A program made the translations under genes and the position numbers. From positions 1 to 60,689 of the forward strand of contig JBJKRX010000083.1 of the NCBI GenBank assembly GCA_046704425.1: a stretch of 60,689 nucleotides of DNA, given 5' to 3'. The DNA is from Nitrospirota bacterium (GTDB lineage Bacteria > Nitrospirota > UBA9217). Shown piece by piece: positions 46,910-57,210 of this stretch (within the stretch, counting starts at the first letter, position 1; each line of letters opens with the position of its first letter). The notes beneath the pieces were generated by a model. It was not told the DNA's origin, made no database searches, and saw only the letters and a program-made list of their open reading frames with translations.

Positions 46910-47576
46910 AACCGCTAAGACGCGAAGGCGCGAAGAATTCTTACTGCCAGACAATTTATCCGCAGATGACCGCAGATGACGCAGGTAAAAGAATAAATCA
47001 TTCCCAGGTTTTCACTTATGAAATCTACGGATAAATATGCTGTTCTGTGTTCAGTGCTTTGCCTTCCTCGCCCTTCACCCTCTGCTTGTGCCCAGCGTTT
47101 GCGAGCGTTTTCGCGAGCGCAGGGTATGTCCTCTGTAGTGAGATGCCTTTGACGTTAAAAAACTAGAGATCTCATCTTGATCGGTCCTGGGTTTCCTTGC
47201 GTTCTTTGCGTTCCTTGCGTTCCTTGCGTTCCTTGCGGTGAATACGTTCGCCCCAAAAAGCAGTTTACCACAAAAAACGCAGAGATCACAAAGAAGAGCA
47301 CATCAACAAATTGACACCAAGAGAAGGAACAAACGGCATCTATCCGCAGATGACGCAGATGACCGCAGATAAAAGAATAAATCATTCCTGGGGGTACATC
47401 TGAACTATCTGTGGTGTCCTGTGTTCAGTGCTTTGCCTTCCTCGCCCCTCACCCTCTGCGTCCTCTAATGAATTATCCTCTGACTCTCATCTGCGTAATC
47501 TGCGGACGAACCCGTTGTCCTCTGTTTAAGTACTTTGCTTTCCTCGTCTTTCCCCCTCTGTGTCCTCTGTGGTTAA
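46910..47576. repeat. Composite intergenic repeat region: nested periodic inverted repeats, an imperfect direct duplication and a 9-bp tandem repeat
   Basis: 46957-47085 resembles 47341-47459; five TTC(C/T)TTGCG units at 47193-47237; complementary arms ATCCGCAGAT/ATCTGCGGA and ACCACA...CAGAG/CTCTGTGTCCTCTGTGGT. Confidence 0.8.
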
Positions 47577-47591
47577 AGAGGCTTTAAATTT

Positions 47592-48407
47592 TCACAATCC
47601 CAAGAGTTTCGCCCCGCCCTCTCTTGCTATCGCAAGCACTTCGCCCCGCGAAAGCCCCGTTTCCTGGAAGTACCCCAGCTCCTGTATATACAATTGAGAA
47701 TAGTCGGTCGCAGGCAGCACCGCATCCGTTCCCACCGCGAGCTGTCCGCCCTGGTCCGCGAACTTCTTTATCATGACCAGATGTTCCCGGATCACCCCTT
47801 CCAGATATTCCCGCATCTCCTGCGATGCAGTTGATCCTGCACGGGCAAGCGCACCCACGGTCGGGACCCAGTATACGTCTTGTCGCAGAAGCGCATCCAT
47901 CGCCTTCTCGGTCATGAAGAAACCGTGCTCCACGGACCATACCCCTGCCTCGGCTGCCGCGATCAGGGCTGCTGCGCCGTTCGCATGGGCCATGACCTTG
48001 AGCCCCTTCTTTCCTGCCTCGTCCGTGATGAAGGTCAGCTCGCCGCGATCGAACCCGCCGGGAGTGATCCTCCCCGGCTCCCGGATGCTCACAACCCCCG
48101 AGGCCATGACCTTTAGTATACCAGCCCCTGCCTCCGCGAGCCGCGCGATCTCATCCCGGATCTCCTCGCTGCCGGCGACCGCGACCCCGAAGCGCGCGCC
48201 GTAGCCGCCTTCCTTATAAAGGGCCCAGCAGGCGCGCTGGATCAAGAGGGAGGTATCCGAAGGCAGGGTATAGCCGCGCACGCCCGCGTCGCGCACGGCC
48301 CTGATGCCGCTTGCCGTGAGCGTAGCGATCCCCGCATCCGTCGTGATATGCACATGTGCGTCGATGCAGCCGGAAAGGTCCGGAGAGGAGAACGGGGGAT
48401 CGATCAC
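47592..48407 (-). CDS. Amidohydrolase family protein, short form
   Basis: IDAHVH, VRDAG, LKVMASG, MAHANG, SVEHG, VGTDA; GTG start overlaps the radC stop. Confidence 0.82.
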   Translation of the reverse strand: MIDPPFSSPDLSGCIDAHVHITTDAGIATLTASGIRAVRDAGVRGYTLPSDTSLLIQRACWALYKEGGYGARFGVAVAGSEEIRDEIARLAEAGAGILKVMASGVVSIREPGRITPGGFDRGELTFITDEAGKKGLKVMAHANGAAALIAAAEAGVWSVEHGFFMTEKAMDALLRQDVYWVPTVGALARAGSTASQEMREYLEGVIREHLVMIKKFADQGGQLAVGTDAVLPATDYSQLYIQELGYFQETGLSRGEVLAIAREGGAKLLGL

Positions 48408-49105
48408 GAGACCGCGCCGATCATGCCGTTGTCGCGGAAGCTGAAGTGGCCGCCGTCGCCCACGATGATGTGGTCCAGCACCTGGATGCCGAGCACCTCG
48501 CCTGCCTGGACCAGGCGGCGGGTGAGCAGGATGTCCTCCTGGCTCGGCCGCGTGTCGCCGCTCGGGTGGTTGTGCACGAAGATGACTGCGGCGGCGGACT
48601 CGCGGATCGCCGCCTTGAAGGTGTCGCGGGGATGGACGAGGGAGGCGGTGAGCGTGCCGATGGACACGACCTCGTCCCGCAGGATCTTGTTCTTGGCGTC
48701 GAGCAGGGCGCAGCGGAAGGTCTCCTGCTTCGCGTCCTTCATGCGCGGCCGGTAGTAGGAGGCCACGTCGTTGCTCGAACAGAACGACGCGCCCGCAAGG
48801 CTCGGCCGCTGGTGCCGCCTGCCCAGCTCGATCGCGGCCTTGATCTCCGCGGCCTTGGCCGGGCCGATGCCGGGCACGGTGCAAATCTCGGCGATCCCGG
48901 CCTGCTCGATGCCCGCGAGGCTCCCGAAGCGATCGAGCAGGTCCCGGCCCAGGTCCAGGGCCGTGCGCTCCTGCGTGCCGCTCTTGATGAGCACGGCCAG
49001 GAGCTGCGCGTCCGAGAGCGCGGCGGGGCCGTGCGCGATCAGCCGCTCGCGCGGCCGTTCGTCCTCGGGCCAGTGTTTCACGCTCTTCTTTTGGTCTGCG
49101 GACAT
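48404..49105 (-). CDS. radC: RadC/JAB domain protein
   Basis: ERPRERL, LSDAQLLA, GIGPAKA, VHPRD, HNHPSGD..PS.ED, LDHII. Confidence 0.95.
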   Translation of the reverse strand: MSADQKKSVKHWPEDERPRERLIAHGPAALSDAQLLAVLIKSGTQERTALDLGRDLLDRFGSLAGIEQAGIAEICTVPGIGPAKAAEIKAAIELGRRHQRPSLAGASFCSSNDVASYYRPRMKDAKQETFRCALLDAKNKILRDEVVSIGTLTASLVHPRDTFKAAIRESAAAVIFVHNHPSGDTRPSQEDILLTRRLVQAGEVLGIQVLDHIIVGDGGHFSFRDNGMIGAVS

Positions 49106-49144
49106 GGCGGATAGCGAGATTATAGTGAAGAACCGGGACCGCTG

Positions 49145-51367
49145 TCAAATGAAATCCCCGCTCCGCTCGCGCACCACCGCCTGCCCCGGTTGCGGCAGCG
49201 CGATCGTAAAGACCGCGCCCGCCTCGCCGTTGGCCGCGGTCAGTTTGCCGCCCATGTGGTCCTCGATGATCACCTTCGCCATGTACAGCCCCAGGCCGGT
49301 CCCCTTTGCCGGGTCCTTTGTCGTGAAGTAGGGGTCGAAGATCCGCTCCAGCGCCGCGGGAGGGATCCCGCCGCCGGTGTCGCGCACCGTGATGACGACC
49401 GTGCGCTCCGCATGCGCGAAGTCGAAGGACAAATGCCCCTGCTCGAAAGCGTCCTTGCCGGCGCGGGTACGCTTTTCCAGGATGGCGTCCCGGCCGTTGT
49501 TGACCAGGTTGAGCACGGCGTGCTCGAATTCGTTCCGATAGCCCTCGATCGCCGTTTCCGGGCACGGGATGATGTCCCGCTCCCGTTCGAAGGTCCTCCC
49601 CGGCGTGGCGCAGGTCAGCCGATACGCGATATGATCCGCGGCCAGCTGCGCCGTGAGAAGGGACAGGACGTCGCCCACGGCGCGCATGGCATCGAAGGTC
49701 GTCTTCTCCTTGTCCGGCTTGTAGAAGTTGCGGAAGTCGTCGATGGTCTTGGAGAGGCGCAGAATCTGCGCCATGGTCTTCTGAACCGTCTGTTCCAGGT
49801 ACGCCCCGTCCAGCTTCCCCTGGGCATAGGCATCTTCCATCCCCTGTACGATGAGCCCCACCACGTTGAGCGGCTGCCGCCATTGGTGCGCGATGGCGCC
49901 GAGCATCTCGCCCATGGCCGCCAGCTTGGACTGCTGGATCATGATCAGCTCGTTCTTCATCCGCAGGGCGATCTCCTCGGCCACCCGTTGTTCGAGGTTC
50001 CGGGTCAGGTCCTCGAGCTGCCGCGTCTTTTCCTGCAGGGCCTGCTCCGCCTTCTTCTGGTCAGTGATGTCCGTCTCGATGCCGTCCCACAGGATGCGGT
50101 CGTCCGTGAGCCGCCGGGGCGAGGAGGAAAGCTGCCGCCACCGCACCTGTCCGTCCGGCGTGCGGACCCGCGCCTCGGCCGTGAACACGCTCATGTCCTG
50201 CGCCGATCGTTCCTCGGCGGACGCAATTGCTGCGCCGTCTTCCGCGACGAGCTGACCGTAGAGCACGGCGGGATCGCGCTGCACCGCGGCCGCCGAAATG
50301 CCGTGCAGGCGCTCTACGGCGTCGCTGACATAGAGGAACCGCATACTCCCGTCGTGCCCGCGCACGACCTGGTACACCATGCTGTTCGGGAGGTTGTCGC
50401 TCAGGGCGCGCAGCCGGGCCTCTCCCTCGCGGGCCAGGCGCTCCGCGGCCCGCGATTCCGCCCCGCTCGCGGCGAGCAGCATCCCCGAGATCGCGGCGAC
50501 GCCCAGAAAGATCTGCGACAGGAGGAGGCGCTGTTCGCTGTCTCCCCCGCCCCAGAGGAGGGGGCCTTTGCTCACGGCAGAGCTCGCGAGCATGAAGATC
50601 GCCAGCACGACGAGCGCCGCGGTGACGCCGTGCTGGCCGAACCGCAGCGCAGGCCAGGCGAGCAGGGCGAGCAGCATGTAGGGAAATACCTGCAGCAGGT
50701 GGTGCGCTTCGCTTCCCTCGAAGATCGACCACGAGGCGACGCACCACAGCACGATGAATGCGCCCCATTCGATCGCCGCGGCCCCGGTGATCGCAGTGAG
50801 CGCCGCTCTTCCCTGGTGGGCCCAGGTCACGATGAGCGGGGCGATGAGCAGGATGCTGAGGCCGTCCGCCACCCACCAGTCCAGCCAGAAGCTCCCGAAA
50901 GTCGCCTTTCCGGACAACGCGGCAGTGGCCGCGCCGATGACGGCGGTCAGCGCGTTTACGCAGACGGCGGCAACGATCAGCGCCACGACCTCTTTCAGCC
51001 GGTCGAAGCGAACGGTCTCCCCGCACCAGCGGGTAAGCAGCCAGGCGCATCCTGCGGACTCCAGGATGTTCGCGGTCATAAAACCGATACTGAGCGGAAA
51101 CGGCCTGTTGAACAGGAGATCGGCTGCCGTGCCAGCCAGAAACAAGGACGCGAGGAGCGCCGGCCAGAGCCGGCGGGGGAGGAGCAGGAGGGCGGCCAGG
51201 CCGATGCCGCCGGGCGGCCAGATCGCCGCAAGGACCTTCTGGGCGTCGGGGAAGAGCAGCGCGATGAAATGGGCGCCGAAATAGGCGAGGGCGACGCCGG
51301 CGAGAATGAAGGAATCGCCGGCCGCAAGAGGCCTGCGGAAAAACGGGGGTTCAAGCGCAACGTTCAC
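49145..51367 (-). CDS. MASE1-PAS sensor histidine kinase
   Basis: IWPPGGIGLA MASE1 motif, PAS, IAHQWRQPL H-box, FDPYFTTK, GTGLGL; start could instead be ATG 51388. Confidence 0.9.
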   Translation of the reverse strand: MNVALEPPFFRRPLAAGDSFILAGVALAYFGAHFIALLFPDAQKVLAAIWPPGGIGLAALLLLPRRLWPALLASLFLAGTAADLLFNRPFPLSIGFMTANILESAGCAWLLTRWCGETVRFDRLKEVVALIVAAVCVNALTAVIGAATAALSGKATFGSFWLDWWVADGLSILLIAPLIVTWAHQGRAALTAITGAAAIEWGAFIVLWCVASWSIFEGSEAHHLLQVFPYMLLALLAWPALRFGQHGVTAALVVLAIFMLASSAVSKGPLLWGGGDSEQRLLLSQIFLGVAAISGMLLAASGAESRAAERLAREGEARLRALSDNLPNSMVYQVVRGHDGSMRFLYVSDAVERLHGISAAAVQRDPAVLYGQLVAEDGAAIASAEERSAQDMSVFTAEARVRTPDGQVRWRQLSSSPRRLTDDRILWDGIETDITDQKKAEQALQEKTRQLEDLTRNLEQRVAEEIALRMKNELIMIQQSKLAAMGEMLGAIAHQWRQPLNVVGLIVQGMEDAYAQGKLDGAYLEQTVQKTMAQILRLSKTIDDFRNFYKPDKEKTTFDAMRAVGDVLSLLTAQLAADHIAYRLTCATPGRTFERERDIIPCPETAIEGYRNEFEHAVLNLVNNGRDAILEKRTRAGKDAFEQGHLSFDFAHAERTVVITVRDTGGGIPPAALERIFDPYFTTKDPAKGTGLGLYMAKVIIEDHMGGKLTAANGEAGAVFTIALPQPGQAVVRERSGDFI

Positions 51368-51491
51368 AAGCCGCCCCCTTCCCTGCATCAATCGGCGCTA
51401 CCCTGTCGACGAGACACCCGGGAGAGCTGCTGCTGCCCTAATTGCATAGTATAGCATATATGCGCGAAGCGACCGCGTGGTCCGACACTCG

Positions 51492-51885
51492 TCAGCACAC
51501 TGCGGCGGAGGCCCGGGGATCGAAGGGGTTGGTCCGGACGGCCAGGGAGAAGAGGGAGGGATACTCCTTTTGCAGATGGCGCATATAGGAGAGCCATTCG
51601 GCGACGATGATCACGAAGACCCGTTTGATGTCTCCGGCGAGGTGCTCGCGGGCCGGCCGGGCAAGGGATTGCAGATCCTCCCGCGCGGCCAATTCTTCCA
51701 CGAGGTGGAACACAGCCCAAAGCAGCTCCGTGCTGGGGAAGGTCCCGATCACCATGTTCGGCTTCTTGAGGAGCGCCGTGCGCTCCCGGATGCGCGGCAC
51801 CTGATCCACGATGATCGTCACGAGCAGGACCTGGATCGGGATGAAGGCGAGGTCCTGGAAGTGATAAGGTACCACGGCATCCCCG
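51492..51885 (-). pseudogene. Internally deleted remnant of a conserved hypothetical membrane protein
   Basis: QDLAFIPIQVLLVTII...NMVIGTF joined directly to TELLWAVFHLVEEL...WLSYMRHLQKEYPSLFSLAVRTNPFD; no good start; family recalled from memory. Confidence 0.55.
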
Positions 51886-52058
51886 GATCGCGCGAACGCG
51901 TCAAGCCGTTCCGCACCGTCCCGGCCCCGGAGGGCAGGACCGGATATGCTACAATAGGAGGTATGCCAGCGCTGCGCTTTTGTGCGGCATCCGCCCGGCA
52001 TTCGCACCGGGTGCAGTCTGCATGCGTCTCGGCCAGTCATCACGCACGGAGGTGTGCC

Positions 52059-53099
52059 ATGAAACTCGGGAGAATCGCGGTGTCGATCATCGTCCTGGCG
52101 CTCGCTGCATCGCCGGCCCACGCCGGGGACAACCTCCTCGCGCGGGCGCGCCAGATGTTCAAGCCCATCCCCGCATCCCCGCCCGCCATCGCCGGCAATC
52201 CCGCAACGCCGGACAAGGTGCTGCTCGGCAAGGACCTCTACTTCGATCCCCGGCTGTCCGCCAGCAGTCTGATCAGCTGCAACACCTGCCACAACGTGGG
52301 CATGGGCGGCGTCGATTTCCAGGAAACCTCCACGGGCCACAAGTGGCAGCACGGGCCGCGGAACGCGCCGACCGTGCTGAACTCGGTCTTCAACGTGGCG
52401 CAGTTCTGGGACGGCAGGGCGCCGGACCTGGAGCAGCAGGCCAAGGGTCCGGTCCAGGCATCGGTCGAGATGAGCAACTCGCCGGACCGGGTCGTGGAGA
52501 CCATCAACAGCATGCCCGGGTACGTGACCCTCTTCCGGAAGGCCTTTCCCAACGAGAAGGACCCCGTCACCTTCGAGAACATGGCGAAGGCCATCGCCGT
52601 GTTCGAGGCCACGCTCATCACGCCGAACTCCCCCTTTGACCGCTACCTGGAAGGCAGGACGAAGGCCTTGACCACGGCGCAGAAGGAAGGGCTCGGCCTC
52701 TTCATGGACAAGGGCTGCGCCGGGTGCCACGGCGGCGTGAACATGGGCGGCGGGGGCTACTTCCCCTTCGGCGTGGTGGAGCAGCCGGCGAGCGACATCA
52801 TGGCGGGAGACATGGGACGGTTCAAGGTCACGGGGGTCAAGTCGGACGCCCATGCCTTCAAGGCGCCGTCCCTCCGGAACATCGTCCTGACCCCGCCCTA
52901 CTTCCACTCCGGCAAGGTCTGGAACCTGCGCGACGCCGTGGCGATCATGGGGAACGCCCAGCTCGGCATCTCGCTCGACCAGAAGGACATCGACCGGATC
53001 ACGGATTTTCTCGCCGCCGCCACCGGCGACCAGCCCGCGGTCACCTACCCCATCCTCCCCGCTTCGACGGGGACAACGCCGAAGCCGAAGCTGGATTGA
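52059..53099 (+). CDS. ccpA: Diheme cytochrome c peroxidase
   Basis: Signal peptide, LYFDPRLS, CNTCH, RNAPTVLN, QFWDGRA, CAGCH, FKAPSLRN, PYFHSG; GGAGG RBS. Confidence 0.93.
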   Translation: MKLGRIAVSIIVLALAASPAHAGDNLLARARQMFKPIPASPPAIAGNPATPDKVLLGKDLYFDPRLSASSLISCNTCHNVGMGGVDFQETSTGHKWQHGPRNAPTVLNSVFNVAQFWDGRAPDLEQQAKGPVQASVEMSNSPDRVVETINSMPGYVTLFRKAFPNEKDPVTFENMAKAIAVFEATLITPNSPFDRYLEGRTKALTTAQKEGLGLFMDKGCAGCHGGVNMGGGGYFPFGVVEQPASDIMAGDMGRFKVTGVKSDAHAFKAPSLRNIVLTPPYFHSGKVWNLRDAVAIMGNAQLGISLDQKDIDRITDFLAAATGDQPAVTYPILPASTGTTPKPKLD

Positions 53100-53106
53100 G
53101 CGAACC

Positions 53107-53138
53107 GGGCCCGGCCGCAGTGCCGGGCCCTTTTCTTC
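53107..53138 (+). terminator. Intrinsic terminator
   Basis: GGGCCCGGC-loop-GCCGGGCCC-TTTTCTT. Confidence 0.75.
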
Positions 53139-53238
53139 CGCACGCCGTCCCCACTTTTCGACTACCAATCTCCCGGTAATTCGATTATAATCCCAGAGTC
53201 GGCCGCTCTGATTTCCCCCTCTCCGGCCGTCATGCATC

Positions 53239-56200
53239 ATGCCGAGGCAGACAGCCGCTCAGGATACGCGAACGCATCTCCCCCGTCTCGCCGCTGCTGG
53301 CGCGATCGTCGGAGGCCTGTACGTCGTCAGCAGGTACAACTATCTCCTCTTTCACAGTCTCGTCGAGCTGTTCAGCGTCCTGATCGCCTTCGCCGTCTTC
53401 TCCTTTGCCTGGCACACCCGGCGGCTCCTGAACAATCACTATCTCCTCTTCCTGGGGATCGCGTCCCTCTTCACCGGCGCGCTCGACCTCATGCATCTGT
53501 TGACGTACGCGGGCATGGGGGTCTTCCCGGGCCGCGGCGCGAACCTGCCGACCCAGTTCTGGATCGCGTTCCGCTTCGTCTTCAGCCTTTCGTTCCTCCT
53601 GGCGTCGTTCTTCGCGGCCCGCAGGGTGCGCATCGGGGCCTTGCTCCTTCTGTACACCGCCGGCACCGGCCTTCTCATCGCCGCGGTCTTCCTCGGCTGG
53701 TTTCCCGTCTGTTATGACGCGGGCGTCGGCCTCACGCCGTTCAAGATCGCGGCCGAATACGTCATCTGCCTGATCTTCCTTGCCGCCCTGATCCGGCTCG
53801 TGCAGAGCCGGCAGGCCTTCGATCCCGGCGTGCTCCGGCTCCTGGTCGGATCGCTCCTCTTTTCCATCGCCTCCGAGATCAGCTTTACGCAGTATGTGAG
53901 CGTCTTCGGCTTTTCCAATATGCTCGGGCACCTGTTCCTCCTGGCATCGGTCGCGTTCCTGTACCGGGCCGTGGTCGCGACGGGCGTGGAAGAGCCGTCC
54001 CGGGTCCTGTTCCGGGACCTGCAAAAGAGCACCGCGGCGCTGCAGGCCAGCGAGGGCAAGTACCGCCTGCTGTTCGAGAACATGCTGAACGCCTTCGCCT
54101 TCCATCGGATCGTCCTGGATGCGCAGGGCAAACCCGTCGATTATATCTTCCTCGAAGTGAACGACGCCTTCGAGCGCATGACGGGCCTCCGGCGGGAGGA
54201 CATTATCGGAAAAGGCGTGCGCGAGGCACTGCCCGGCATCGAGAACGACCCCGCCGACTGGATCGGCGTCTACGGCGACGTGGCCCTGACCGGACGGGCG
54301 GTGCGGTTCGAGCGGCCCGCCGCGGTGCTCGGCAGGTGGTATTCCGTCTACGCCTACAGCCCCCTGCGGGAGCACTTCGTCGCGATCTTCGAGGACGTCA
54401 CGGAACGCAAGCAGAACGAGGAGGCGCTCCGCCGGGCCAACAGCGACCTGGAGCAGCGCATCCGGGACCGCGCCGTCGAGCTGGCGCATACCAACGACAC
54501 CCTGCGGAACGAGATCGCGGTGCGCAGGGAGGCCGTCGAGGACCTGGACCGGCTGAATCGCCTGTACGGGATGCTGAGCAAGATCAATGAGGCCATCGTG
54601 CGCCACACGGATTCCCAATCACTGTATGAGCAGGTCTGCCGCGTCACCGTCGAGGACGGCCTTTTCAAAATGGCCTGGATCGGCCTGCTCGACGTCTTCA
54701 CGCAGGAGGTCCGGCCGCAGGCGAGCTTCGGAGACGCGAACGGCTACCTGCAGGACATCCGGATCACCTCGTCCGACGCCCCGGACGGGCGGGGGCCCAC
54801 GGGCAGGGCCGTGTTCGAAGGCCAGACGGTCCTCTGCACCGATATCGCGAACGATCCCTGCATGCAGCCCTGGCGGGACAAGGCCCTGCAGCAGGGCTTC
54901 CGCTCCTCCGCCGCCTTCCCGCTCCAATCGGGCGGCGCGGTCGTCGGGGCGCTCACGGTGTATGCCGCGGAGCCGCGCACGTTCACCGAGCGGGAAACGA
55001 GCCTCTTCTCGTCGCTCGTCGACGACCTCTCCTTCGCCCTCGATACCCTGGCGGACCGGCGACGGCGGCACCTTGCCGAAGCGGCGCTCCACAAGGCGAG
55101 CGCCTATAACCGGAGCCTGATCGAGGCGAGCCTCGACCCGCTCGTCACGATCGACGCGGAAGGCCGGATCACCGACGCCAATGCCGCAGCCGAGACCGCG
55201 ACCGGCCGTTTGCGGACCGAGCTGATCGGCACCGATTTCTCCGGCTATTTTACGGACCCGGAACGGGCCCGGGACGGATACCGGCAGGCCTTCCGCGAGG
55301 GCTCGGTGCGGGATTACGCGCTGGAGATCCGGAGCCGGGACGGAAAGGCCACGCCGGTCCTGTACAACGCTTCGGTCTACCGCGACGAGGCGGGGCAGGT
55401 GCTCGGCGTGTTTGCGGCCGCCCGGGACATCACCGGGCGCAGGGAGAGCGAGCGCCGCCTGACCCTCACCAACGACCTTTTGAAGCTCTATACGCGCAAG
55501 TTTTCGCGCAGGGAGTACCTCGACGTGGCCGTGGAGCTGATCCGGGGATGGAGCGGCTGCCGCTACACGGGCATCCGCATCGCGGATGCGGACGGCAAGA
55601 TCCCCTATGAGTCCTGCGTGGGCTACAGCAGCGATTTCCTCGACTCGGAAAGCGAGCTTTCGCTGATCGCGGACGAGTGCATCTGCCCGCGCATCATCCG
55701 CGGCGCAGCCGAGCACTCGGACCGGGTGGACATGACGCCGCAGGGGTCGTTCTTCAGCAACGACACGCACGCCTTTCTCGCGGGCCTTTCGGCAGAGGAG
55801 CGGACGCGCTATCGCGGCGTCTGCATGCAGTATGGGTACCGGTCGCTCGCCGTGGTCCCGGTCCGTCACGACGACCGGATCCTCGGGGCCATCCACATCG
55901 CCGATGAGCAGACGGACCGGGTGCCCCTTGCCAGGGTGGAGTTCGTCGAGCAGCTTGCCGTCATCGTGGGCGAGGCGCTCTTCCGGTTCGGCATCGAGGA
56001 TGAAGTGCGGCAGCTCAACCGCGAGCTCGAACAGCGGGTCCGGGAGCGGACTGCCCAGCTGGAGGCGGCCAACCACGAGCTCGAGGCCTTCGCCTATTCC
56101 GTGTCGCACGACCTCCGGACCCCGCTCCGGAGCATCGACGGGTTCAGCAGCGCACTGCTCGAGGATTACGCCGACCGGCTGGACGAGACCGGACGCGACT

Positions 56201-56736
56201 ATTTCGAGCGCATCCGGGGCGCCACGGCACGGATGGGCGAGCTGATCGACGCCCTGCTCTCCCTCTCGCGCCTGACGCGCCGGGACCTGACCCGCGTGCC
56301 CGTGGACCTGAGCCGGATTGCCGGCGAGATCGCGGACGAGCTGAAAGCAGCCGAGCCCGGCAGGGCCGCGGAGTTCCGGATCGAGCGCGAGGTGGTCGCG
56401 ACGGGCGATCCGGCGATGCTCCGTGCGGCCATGGAGAACCTGCTGGCGAATGCCTGGAAATTTACGGGTACGCGCGCGGCGGCGGTCATCGCCTTCGGCA
56501 CCGTGCGCCAGGAAAACGGCAGGACCATCTTCTTCGTCAGGGACAACGGCGTGGGGTTCGACATGGCGTACGGGAAGAAGCTCTTTACCGCGTTCTCGCG
56601 GCTGCACGCGGCGAGCGAGTTCCAGGGCATCGGGATCGGGCTTGCCACCGTGCAGCGCATCGTCCACCGGCACGGCGGCGCGATCTGGGCCGAAGGGGCC
56701 GTGGACAAGGGCGCGACGATCTACTTTACCCTGTGA
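53239..56736 (+). CDS. MASE3-PAS-GAF-PAS-GAF sensor histidine kinase
   Basis: [17 protein letters not shown]3 motif, PAS/GAF repeats, [31 protein letters not shown]. Confidence 0.92.
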   Translation: MPRQTAAQDTRTHLPRLAAAGAIVGGLYVVSRYNYLLFHSLVELFSVLIAFAVFSFAWHTRRLLNNHYLLFLGIASLFTGALDLMHLLTYAGMGVFPGRGANLPTQFWIAFRFVFSLSFLLASFFAARRVRIGALLLLYTAGTGLLIAAVFLGWFPVCYDAGVGLTPFKIAAEYVICLIFLAALIRLVQSRQAFDPGVLRLLVGSLLFSIASEISFTQYVSVFGFSNMLGHLFLLASVAFLYRAVVATGVEEPSRVLFRDLQKSTAALQASEGKYRLLFENMLNAFAFHRIVLDAQGKPVDYIFLEVNDAFERMTGLRREDIIGKGVREALPGIENDPADWIGVYGDVALTGRAVRFERPAAVLGRWYSVYAYSPLREHFVAIFEDVTERKQNEEALRRANSDLEQRIRDRAVELAHTNDTLRNEIAVRREAVEDLDRLNRLYGMLSKINEAIVRHTDSQSLYEQVCRVTVEDGLFKMAWIGLLDVFTQEVRPQASFGDANGYLQDIRITSSDAPDGRGPTGRAVFEGQTVLCTDIANDPCMQPWRDKALQQGFRSSAAFPLQSGGAVVGALTVYAAEPRTFTERETSLFSSLVDDLSFALDTLADRRRRHLAEAALHKASAYNRSLIEASLDPLVTIDAEGRITDANAAAETATGRLRTELIGTDFSGYFTDPERARDGYRQAFREGSVRDYALEIRSRDGKATPVLYNASVYRDEAGQVLGVFAAARDITGRRESERRLTLTNDLLKLYTRKFSRREYLDVAVELIRGWSGCRYTGIRIADADGKIPYESCVGYSSDFLDSESELSLIADECICPRIIRGAAEHSDRVDMTPQGSFFSNDTHAFLAGLSAEERTRYRGVCMQYGYRSLAVVPVRHDDRILGAIHIADEQTDRVPLARVEFVEQLAVIVGEALFRFGIEDEVRQLNRELEQRVRERTAQLEAANHELEAFAYSVSHDLRTPLRSIDGFSSALLEDYADRLDETGRDYFERIRGATARMGELIDALLSLSRLTRRDLTRVPVDLSRIAGEIADELKAAEPGRAAEFRIEREVVATGDPAMLRAAMENLLANAWKFTGTRAAAVIAFGTVRQENGRTIFFVRDNGVGFDMAYGKKLFTAFSRLHAASEFQGIGIGLATVQRIVHRHGGAIWAEGAVDKGATIYFTL

Positions 56737-56767
56737 CGACCGGCGGGGCCGCGCGGAAGGAGACGCA

Positions 56768-57196
56768 ATGCAATCGAAGGTGATCCTCTTGGTGGAAGAC
56801 AATCCCGACGACGTGCAGCTCACCCTGCGCGCGCTCACCAAGAGCCATATCGCGAACACGGTCGTCGTGGCCCAGGACGGAGCAGAGGCCCTGGACTACC
56901 TGTTCTGCACGGGGAAGTACGCCGGGAGGGAAGGCGGCCTGCCCCAGGTCGTCCTGCTCGACCTGAAGATGCCGAAGGTGGACGGCTTGGAGGTCCTGCA
57001 GCGTCTGCGCGCGGACGCCCGGACCCGGGTCCTGCCCGTGGTCGTCCTTACGACCTCGAACGAGGAGCGCGACAAGGTCGAGAGCTACCAGCTCGGCGCC
57101 AACAGCTACGTGCGCAAGCCCGTTGACTTCACCGCCTTCATCGACGCCGTGCGCAACCTGGGTCTCTACTGGCTCGTCATCAACGAGGTGCCCTGA
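56768..57196 (+). CDS. Single-domain response regulator (Rcp1-like)
   Basis: [40 protein letters not shown]. Confidence 0.93.
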   Translation: MQSKVILLVEDNPDDVQLTLRALTKSHIANTVVVAQDGAEALDYLFCTGKYAGREGGLPQVVLLDLKMPKVDGLEVLQRLRADARTRVLPVVVLTTSNEERDKVESYQLGANSYVRKPVDFTAFIDAVRNLGLYWLVINEVP

Positions 57197-57210
57197 GCGA
57201 TCGCGGCCCT

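Noticed and set aside
46910-47576. CRISPR array
   Set aside because: No constant repeat with regular unique spacers, and no cas genes.
48404-49105. radC as a marker of a mobile element
   Set aside because: It is the full-length form with N-terminal helical region, host-like composition and no mobility genes nearby.
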